Source of the DNA: an uncultured Gammaproteobacteria bacterium
Lineage (GTDB): Bacteria > Patescibacteriota > Patescibacteriia > Magasanikbacterales > GWA2-37-8
Assembly (NCBI GenBank): GCA_964465205.1
Contig: CAYXJO010000003.1
Span: 14,693-78,692 of the forward strand
DNA: 64,000 nucleotides
Direction: 5' to 3'
Part shown: piece after piece, positions 57,757 through 64,000 of the stretch
Layout: each line of letters opens with the position of its first letter
Position numbering within the stretch: the first letter of the stretch is position 1
Program-made: the position numbers and the translations under genes
Notes under the pieces: generated by a model
The model's input: the letters and a program-made list of their open reading frames with translations, nothing else
Database searches by the model: none
What the model was told of the DNA's origin: nothing

Positions 57757-58698
57757 ATGAAGACAGCATTGATTACTGGCGGAGCGGGATTTATTGGATC
57801 ACATTTGTGCGAACGTTTGTTGGCCGATGGGTATCGGGTGATTTGTGTTGATAATTTATTTACTAGTAGTCGAGAAAATATAAAACATTTAGAGAGTAAT
57901 GGAAATTTTCTGTTTATTGAACACGATATTGTTAATCCTCTAAATTTAGACGACAAAATAGATGAAATCTACAATTTAGCTTGTCCCGCTTCGCCGGTTC
58001 ACTATCAACGGGATGCGATATTTACTGTTAAAACAAATATAATCGGCGCAATAAATATCTTAGATTTGGCCCGTACCAAAGGTGCGGTTGTTTTCCAATC
58101 TTCGACCTCGGAAGTGTATGGTGACCCAAGCGTTCATCCCCAGGTAGAATCTTATCGGGGCAACGTGAATCCAATTGGCCCACGTGCTTGTTATGATGAG
58201 GGCAAACGCTGCGCCGAGACCTTGTTTTTCGATTACAATCGTATGTATAACGTGCCCATAAAGGTGGTGCGTATATTTAATACGTTCGGTCCCCGTATGG
58301 ATAGTAATGATGGCCGGGTGGTGTCAAATTTTATTGTCCAAGCTTTGAAAAATGAAGATATTACTATTTATGGTGACGGCACCCAGACGCGTAGTTTTTG
58401 TTATGTCGATGACTTAATTAATGGTTTCGTAAAGATGATGGCTAGTGACCGGAGTGTTATCGGTCCGGTGAACTTAGGGAATCCCCAAGAAATTACCGTT
58501 AAAACCATGGCCGAAGCTATTATTGAAATGACGGGATCAAAAAGTAAAATAGTATATCAAGATTTACCCACAGATGATCCCACCAGAAGGTGTCCGGATA
58601 TCACTTTGGCCAAAACAAAATTAGGTTGGCAGCCACAGGTGGATTGGAAGGTTGGAATAGAAAAAACTATTAAATATTTCCAAACTATAATTAGATAA
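57757..58698 (+). CDS. uxs: UDP-glucuronate decarboxylase (UDP-xylose synthase)
   Basis: [49 protein letters not shown] catalytic YxxxK. Follows eukaryote/bacterial UXS pattern. Confidence 0.8.
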   Translation: MKTALITGGAGFIGSHLCERLLADGYRVICVDNLFTSSRENIKHLESNGNFLFIEHDIVNPLNLDDKIDEIYNLACPASPVHYQRDAIFTVKTNIIGAINILDLARTKGAVVFQSSTSEVYGDPSVHPQVESYRGNVNPIGPRACYDEGKRCAETLFFDYNRMYNVPIKVVRIFNTFGPRMDSNDGRVVSNFIVQALKNEDITIYGDGTQTRSFCYVDDLINGFVKMMASDRSVIGPVNLGNPQEITVKTMAEAIIEMTGSKSKIVYQDLPTDDPTRRCPDITLAKTKLGWQPQVDWKVGIEKTIKYFQTIIR

Positions 58699-58701
58699 TT
58701 T

Positions 58702-60108
58702 ATGCGTGTTTTATATATTGGTGGAGGTTTTGTGGGGAGTTGTTCGGCGGCAGTATCGGCCGATAGCGGGCACGAAACTTTGGTCTTTGATACCGATCAG
58801 AAAAAAATAGAAATGCTCGGCTCGCAAGATCGTGACGCTATACAAAGCTGCCTGTTTGAGGATGGGTTAGCAGATTTGTTGATTAAGAATAAAGATAGAA
58901 TTCGATTTACTTACGATTATGGTCAAGTGGATAAATTTTTGGATGATTGCGATGTGATTTTTATGTGTTTGCCAACACCGGAAGTAGGGGAGACTGGTGA
59001 AACTAATTTGAGTTATTATCTTACAGCTCTAGAGCAAATATCCAAGAGTTTGGCTAAACGCAATGGTGGAAAACAAGAAAAATATGTGGTGGTAGTGAAC
59101 AAGAGCACAGTACCGATAGATATGATAAATAAAACCGATGAGGTGTTAAAGAGTGCCGGTGTTATTAATTGTGGGGCTGTGTCCAATCCAGAATTTTTGG
59201 TGGAAGGCAAGGCGGTACATTGTTCTATTCGCCCATATCGAATTGTGGTGGGCGCCTGGAACGACATCGATTTTGTGGTGATGCGCAAATTGTATGAACG
59301 ATTTTGCACATCTTCTACCGTGCAGTATATTGAAGTGAATCCCAAAGAGGCGGCGGCCGGTAAACTATTAGCCAATTATGTGCTATTTAACAAATTGGCG
59401 GTGTGTTTTGATGTGGTTGGCCGCGCTTGCGAGACTTTTGCGGATTTGCAATTTGAAAACGTGCGAAAAATATTAGTCAGTGAACCGAGAATTGGTAATT
59501 GGGGTCTTTATGATAGTTTGTATGCGGGCGGTAGTTGTTTTATAAAAGACGCGCGTTCTTTGGCTTATCAATTACAGACCAATGGACAAAACGCAGTGAT
59601 GGTAAATGAAACTTATTTGGCCAATCGCAGACAGTTGGAGCTGTTTATTGGCCGGGCGGAACGAGATGCTCGATTTGATTGGCATGATAAAGTCGTGGTG
59701 ATTTTTGGGCTAAGTTTCAAGCAAGATACTAACGACATTAGAAATGCTCCCAGTATTGACATCGTAAACTTTCTTCTAGAAAAACAAGTAAAAGAAATTC
59801 ATGTGCATGATCCGGTATCGATTCCGATGTTCAAAAAAGCGTTTGATGTCACCAAAGATGCTCGATTTGATAAAATAAAATATTTTGATAACGAATCTGA
59901 CGCGCTAGTGAACACACAAGCGGCAATCGTCGCCACTGATTGGCCAAAGTATCGTACTTTGGGTGATTTGATTCTGGGGCAATGTAAATCGCCGTATTTG
60001 GTAATGGATGGACGTAGAATGTTAGCTCAACAGTATGGTGATTTAATTGCGGCGGGGTTTGATTTGGTAGCGGTGGGCAGCCACTTTGTTTCTAATGATC
60101 GTAAATAA
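58702..60108 (+). CDS. ugd: UDP-glucose 6-dehydrogenase
   Basis: LYIGGGFVGSCSAAV NAD motif, NPEFLVEGKAV, catalytic-Cys motif GGSCFIKD. Confidence 0.88.
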   Translation: MRVLYIGGGFVGSCSAAVSADSGHETLVFDTDQKKIEMLGSQDRDAIQSCLFEDGLADLLIKNKDRIRFTYDYGQVDKFLDDCDVIFMCLPTPEVGETGETNLSYYLTALEQISKSLAKRNGGKQEKYVVVVNKSTVPIDMINKTDEVLKSAGVINCGAVSNPEFLVEGKAVHCSIRPYRIVVGAWNDIDFVVMRKLYERFCTSSTVQYIEVNPKEAAAGKLLANYVLFNKLAVCFDVVGRACETFADLQFENVRKILVSEPRIGNWGLYDSLYAGGSCFIKDARSLAYQLQTNGQNAVMVNETYLANRRQLELFIGRAERDARFDWHDKVVVIFGLSFKQDTNDIRNAPSIDIVNFLLEKQVKEIHVHDPVSIPMFKKAFDVTKDARFDKIKYFDNESDALVNTQAAIVATDWPKYRTLGDLILGQCKSPYLVMDGRRMLAQQYGDLIAAGFDLVAVGSHFVSNDRK

Positions 60109-60123
60109 TATATTAAGATAATT

Positions 60124-61038
60124 ATGTCTCATTACCTGGTTACTGGTGGAGCGGGTTTTATTGGTGCCAATTTGGTCAAACAGCTTTTGGCTGATGGCCA
60201 CACCGTCACTGTATTGGATAATTATGTCGCCGGGAAAAAATCAGAACGCCACCATACGGCCGCGACTTATGTAGATGGGGATGTACGAAATCCGGCAGAT
60301 TTGGATAAAGTGTGCGTTGGGATTGAAGGTATTTTTCATTTGGCCGCGTTGCCGCGGGTGTCGTATTCAGTAGAATATCCCGACATTACGCATGATGTGA
60401 ATGTGGGTGGTACATTGCAAGTCTTGCTCGCCGCTCGTCGTCATAATATCAAACGAGTAGTGTTTTCGTCTTCTGCCTCGGTGTATGGTGAGCGGGATAG
60501 TCACGAGTTGTTAAACGAGCAGGCTAAACACAATCCTTCCAGTCCGTATGCTTTGCATAAGTCTATTGGCGAACAGTATTGTCGCTTGTTTTCCCAATTA
60601 TATGGATTGCAGACGGTCAGTTTGATATATTTTAATGTTTATGGACCGTATTTTGATCCGGATGGCGCGTACGCTCTGGTGGTAGGTAAGTTTTTAAAAC
60701 AAAAACAAGAAAATAAACCAATGACTGTTTGTGGTGATGGTGAATATTATCGCGATTATGTGCACGTGGCAGAAGTAGTGCGTGCCAATATTTTGGCTAT
60801 GCAATCCGATCGGGTGGGTAAGGGCGAAAGCATTAATATTGGTTGTGGTCGCCCGACTACAGTGAATGAGTTGGTAAAAATCATGGGCGGAGAATTTGTT
60901 TATATACCGGCTCGGTTGGGTGATCCCAGGTTTTCCGGTGCTGATAATACCAAAGCTAAGGAGCTACTCGATTGGGAGCCAACTATTAAATTGGAAGACG
61001 GCATTGCTCAACTGAAAAAAGAATGGAAAGTAGAATAA
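60124..61038 (+). CDS. NAD-dependent sugar-nucleotide epimerase (WbpP/UDP-GlcNAc or UDP-xylose 4-epimerase-like)
   Basis: [29 protein letters not shown] (YxxxK). Downstream of ugd-uxs. Confidence 0.75.
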   Translation: MSHYLVTGGAGFIGANLVKQLLADGHTVTVLDNYVAGKKSERHHTAATYVDGDVRNPADLDKVCVGIEGIFHLAALPRVSYSVEYPDITHDVNVGGTLQVLLAARRHNIKRVVFSSSASVYGERDSHELLNEQAKHNPSSPYALHKSIGEQYCRLFSQLYGLQTVSLIYFNVYGPYFDPDGAYALVVGKFLKQKQENKPMTVCGDGEYYRDYVHVAEVVRANILAMQSDRVGKGESINIGCGRPTTVNELVKIMGGEFVYIPARLGDPRFSGADNTKAKELLDWEPTIKLEDGIAQLKKEWKVE

Positions 61039-61046
61039 ATTCAAAT

Positions 61047-61145
61047 TAAAAAACGGTTATACAATTTTAGTGCCCAGCTCGCCCGAATATTGATTTTATA
61101 TCAATGTGGGCTAGTAAGGCACAAAAATTGTATAACCGTTTTTAG
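61047..61145. repeat. Palindromic element copy C: 20-bp perfect inverted repeat (AAAAACGGTTATACAATTTT) flanking conserved core; bidirectional terminator between epimerase and rpmA
   Basis: Arms 61049-61068 / 61123-61143. Core AGTGCCCAGCTCGCCCGAATATTGATTTTATATCAATGTGGGCTAGTAAGGCAC. Confidence 0.6.
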
Positions 61146-61157
61146 TTTTAGATTGGC

Positions 61158-61433
61158 TTACACTACTACATTAGCAAATTTAGCCAGTTTGAGGCTGCCG
61201 TCAAAACGGCGGCGTTTGGCTTGGGTAAATTTGACTTTACCGGCGCGCGCAGCGAACAGAGAATCGTCGCCAGCTTTTTTTACGCCTACTCCCGGATGAA
61301 TTTTGGTACCGCGTTGGCGGACAATGATCATCCCGGTTTTAATAGCTTCTCCAGCGTGGACCTTGATACCAAGACGTTTCGCTTGTGAATCGCGGCCCAA
61401 CCGTGTAGAACCACCTGCTTTTTTATGAGACAT
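61158..61433 (-). CDS. rpmA: 50S ribosomal protein L27
   Basis: [29 protein letters not shown] is the canonical L27 N-terminus; 91 aa. Confidence 0.9.
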   Translation of the reverse strand: MSHKKAGGSTRLGRDSQAKRLGIKVHAGEAIKTGMIIVRQRGTKIHPGVGVKKAGDDSLFAARAGKVKFTQAKRRRFDGSLKLAKFANVVV

Positions 61434-61468
61434 ATTGTTTAAAAATGAGGTTTTTAATGCTGGCCTTC

Positions 61469-61497
61469 ATAATATCATTTTGGTTAAATTTTGTCAA
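61469..61497 (-). promoter_or_regulatory. sigma-70 promoter for rpmA (minus strand TTGACA-17-TATTAT)
   Basis: Reverse complement shows TTGACA, 17-nt spacer, TATTAT ~35 nt upstream of rpmA ATG. Confidence 0.5.
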
Positions 61498-61595
61498 GCC
61501 TAAAATGAATTTGGGGCCCTAAAATTCAACTTGTCAAAATAGTCCAAAAATGATAGGATAAATGTAATTAAAAATGAACAAAAATCGAACTTTGT

Positions 61596-61970
61596 TTGGT
61601 TTTTTATCGTTTATTTATGCTTTACTCACCAAAATTGTTTTTACGTGATTGGTGGATCCTTATTCCTTTGATTCTTATCGGTTTTTTGCAGTTGTGGGGA
61701 TGGTGGTACGTGATTGCGCATATTCACGCTAGTGTTGGGCAGGTGTTTTTGCATTACACTTCGCTTTTTGGTGTCGATTTGGTGGGGGACTGGTGGAAGA
61801 TGTATTATCTTCCAATAGGCGGATCAGCGATGTTGATAGTTAACTTTTTAATAGCTTTTTTGTGCTATCGTAATGATAAATTTTTGGCACGTTTTCTTTG
61901 TTTCTTTACTGCATTGTTAGAATTATTTTTGTCGATGGCGATTTGGTTAATTGTGGGTTTAAATATTTAA
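61596..61970 (+). CDS. Small hypothetical membrane protein (3-4 TM)
   Basis: 124-aa hydrophobic ORF directly upstream of SEDS gene. Confidence 0.45.
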   Translation: MVFYRLFMLYSPKLFLRDWWILIPLILIGFLQLWGWWYVIAHIHASVGQVFLHYTSLFGVDLVGDWWKMYYLPIGGSAMLIVNFLIAFLCYRNDKFLARFLCFFTALLELFLSMAIWLIVGLNI

Positions 61971-61971
61971 T

Positions 61972-63075
61972 ATGCATGATGAGCGCCGTATTCATAAGGT
62001 TGATCGTTGGTTTCTTATCTATTTGGGTATTTTAGTAATATTCGGTTTGATAATTTTGACATCAGCTAGCGCGCCGGTTGGTTATGAAAAGTTCAAAGAT
62101 ACTTATTTTTTTATAAAACGTCAGGTGTGGTATGGTTTGTTACCGGGTATAATTGCGTTTTTGTTCTTGGCCAGAATCAAATATGATAATTGGCGTAAAC
62201 TAAGTTGGGTAATTTATGGTGTGTCGTTATTGCTTTTGGCGTTGGTATTTGTACCGGGAGTAGGCATGGTGATTAATGGTTCGCGTAGTTGGTTGGGTTT
62301 GGGGCCTTCCACTTTTCAACCTTCTGAATTTGCCAAACTAGCCATCGTTATTATGGCGGCCAGTTTGTTGTCGGAAAAAACCCGACTGATACATGATTGG
62401 AAGAATGGTTTATTGCCAGTATTGGCAATTTTGGCGCCAGCTTTTTTATTAATTTTATTACAGCCAGATGTTGGCACTCTTTCTATTTTGGTAGTAATTA
62501 TTTTTATCATGCTGTATATGGCGCGCGCTCCCAAAATTTATTTGATCATTTTAGGGCTTTTGGGAATTATTGCTTTTGCGGGCTTGATGTTCGCGGCTCC
62601 ATACCGTGTCGCCCGTCTAACTGTATTTTTGCATCCCGAGTTAGATCCGCGCGGGGTGGGGTATCACATCAATCAAGCTTTCTTGGCAATTGGTTCGGGC
62701 GGTTTTTGGGGGTTGGGCTTAGGGAATTCGCGTCAAAAGTTTCAATATTTACCGGAAGCCAGCGCGGATTCTGTGTTCGCGGTAATGGCCGAGGAAACAG
62801 GTTTCTTGATTTCTGCTGCATTTGTAATTTTAGTTTTGTTGTTATGTTGGCGTGGACTTAAAATTGCCAAAGAGGCACCTGATGAATTTGGACGTTTATT
62901 GGCCGGAGGTGTGGTCGTGTGGATAGCGTGGCAGTCTTGTCTGAATGTGGGCGCGATGGTGGGAATTCTGCCACTCACCGGCGTGCCATTACCATTTGTT
63001 AGTCATGGTGGTTCGGCGATGATGATGGCTTTTGCCGCCATGGGGCTGGTAGCGGGTGTGAGCCGAGGAAAGTAG
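61972..63075 (+). CDS. ftsW: SEDS-family peptidoglycan glycosyltransferase (FtsW/RodA)
   Basis: PSEFAKLAIVIMAASLL, LPEASADSVFAVMAEETGF, GVPLPFVSHGGSAMMM C-terminal motif. Confidence 0.85.
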   Translation: MHDERRIHKVDRWFLIYLGILVIFGLIILTSASAPVGYEKFKDTYFFIKRQVWYGLLPGIIAFLFLARIKYDNWRKLSWVIYGVSLLLLALVFVPGVGMVINGSRSWLGLGPSTFQPSEFAKLAIVIMAASLLSEKTRLIHDWKNGLLPVLAILAPAFLLILLQPDVGTLSILVVIIFIMLYMARAPKIYLIILGLLGIIAFAGLMFAAPYRVARLTVFLHPELDPRGVGYHINQAFLAIGSGGFWGLGLGNSRQKFQYLPEASADSVFAVMAEETGFLISAAFVILVLLLCWRGLKIAKEAPDEFGRLLAGGVVVWIAWQSCLNVGAMVGILPLTGVPLPFVSHGGSAMMMAFAAMGLVAGVSRGK

Positions 63076-63147
63076 CCAATATTTTGACAATCGCGCTGTG
63101 TTATTTGTAATAAGATAATTGATTAAAATAATAAAAATATTTTTTAT

Positions 63148-64000
63148 ATGCGTATCTTAGTTACTGGAGGAGCGGGGTTTATCGGGTCCAATTTTATTCG
63201 TCATATATTGAATAAATATCCAAATTATTCAATAGTTAATTTGGATTTTTTGACTTATGCGGGTAACTTGGAAAATTTGCGTGATTTTGAATCTGATCCC
63301 CGATATCGGTTTGTAAAAGGAGACATAGCCGATAAGAAATTAGTAGAAAGTTTAATTAAAGATGTAGATGCGATTGTGCATTTTGCCGCCGAATCACATG
63401 TCGATCGTTCGATTCTGGACAGTGCGGCTTTTATACATACCAATATTATTGGCACCCATACTTTACTTGAGGCAGCCAAAAGTAATGGCAATAAAAGGTT
63501 TCATCATGTTTCTACCGATGAGGTGTTTGGTGCATTGACGAGTCAAGATCCGCCTTTTGATGAAAACACAAATTATTCTCCGCGTAGTCCGTATTCGGCC
63601 AGCAAAGCCGCCTCTGATCATTTGGTTCGAGCTTATTTTCATACTTATGGTTTGCCAATTACCATTTCGAATTGTTCGAATAATTATGGTCCGTATCAAT
63701 TTCCAGAAAAGTTACATGGATTATTTATAACCAATTTGATTGAAGGCAAGAAAGTGCCAGTGTATGGCGACGGTATGCAAATTCGCGATTGGTTATATGT
63801 TGGTGATCACTGCGCGGCAATTGATACGATATTGCATAAAGGCAAAATAGGAGAGACGTATTGTGTTGGCGGTAATAGCGAAAAACCAAACCTAGCAATC
63901 ACGAAAGAGATTTTGAAATTGTTGGATAAAAGCGAAGACATGATTGAATATGTCAAAGATCGTCCTGGTCACGATCGTAGATATGCGATTAATTTTACTA
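63148..64000 (+). CDS. rfbB: dTDP-glucose 4,6-dehydratase, 3'-truncated by window edge
   Basis: [46 protein letters not shown] (YxxxK), NCSNNYGPYQFPEKL. ORF runs off the window. Confidence 0.85.
   Translation, partial: MRILVTGGAGFIGSNFIRHILNKYPNYSIVNLDFLTYAGNLENLRDFESDPRYRFVKGDIADKKLVESLIKDVDAIVHFAAESHVDRSILDSAAFIHTNIIGTHTLLEAAKSNGNKRFHHVSTDEVFGALTSQDPPFDENTNYSPRSPYSASKAASDHLVRAYFHTYGLPITISNCSNNYGPYQFPEKLHGLFITNLIEGKKVPVYGDGMQIRDWLYVGDHCAAIDTILHKGKIGETYCVGGNSEKPNLAITKEILKLLDKSEDMIEYVKDRPGHDRRYAINFT

Overview
AT-rich (~36-38% GC) bacterial chromosome segment. Gene content and organisation fit a small-genome, Gram-positive-like bacterium of the Candidate Phyla Radiation (Patescibacteria) type: few Shine-Dalgarno sites, very large surface proteins, and a bacterial Elp3 homolog.

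The left ~22 kb holds surface proteins and housekeeping genes. These are the 3' part of a >1,500-aa secreted Cys-rich-repeat/LamG protein and two paralogous membrane proteins with Thr/Pro-rich linkers and TSP3-like Ca-binding repeats. Next come ybeY-dgkA, ftsA-ftsZ-nrdR-hyp-pyk, glyA, an ABC-F ATPase, and a divergent Elp3 / Trm9-like pair. Two GC-rich islands follow: one is an unidentified promoter-to-terminator unit, the other carries a GC-anomalous small membrane-protein gene. After these come a GT4 gene, tRNA-Val(TAC) and a permease.

The middle (22-34 kb) holds a 581-aa membrane-anchored protein and an HTH regulator with three near-perfect 24-bp palindromic operators. It also holds an ECF sigma factor with a downstream membrane (anti-sigma-like) protein, a 1,220-aa secreted surface protein, and a secreted zinc-phospholipase-C-like protein with a long Thr/Pro-rich linker.

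The right ~27 kb (34.3-61 kb) is one plus-strand glycan biosynthesis/glycosylation island. It contains a Wzy-like ligase with TPR repeats, a Wzx flippase, many GT2 and GT1/4 genes, and three GT2 + polytopic GT-C(PMT/ArnT-like) pairs. It also carries a complete GDP-D-glycero-D-manno-heptose pathway (hddA-gmhA-gmhB plus an HddC-like NTP-transferase), galE, a Ugd-Uxs (UDP-xylose) pair with an epimerase, five class-I methyltransferases and two hexapeptide acetyltransferases. It is followed by rpmA, a small membrane protein, a SEDS (FtsW/RodA) gene and a 5' rfbB fragment.

Three copies of a conserved ~55-nt hairpin core, each flanked by variable perfect 19-21-bp inverted repeats, sit downstream of gene ends. 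No CRISPR array, rRNA or obvious transposase was seen.
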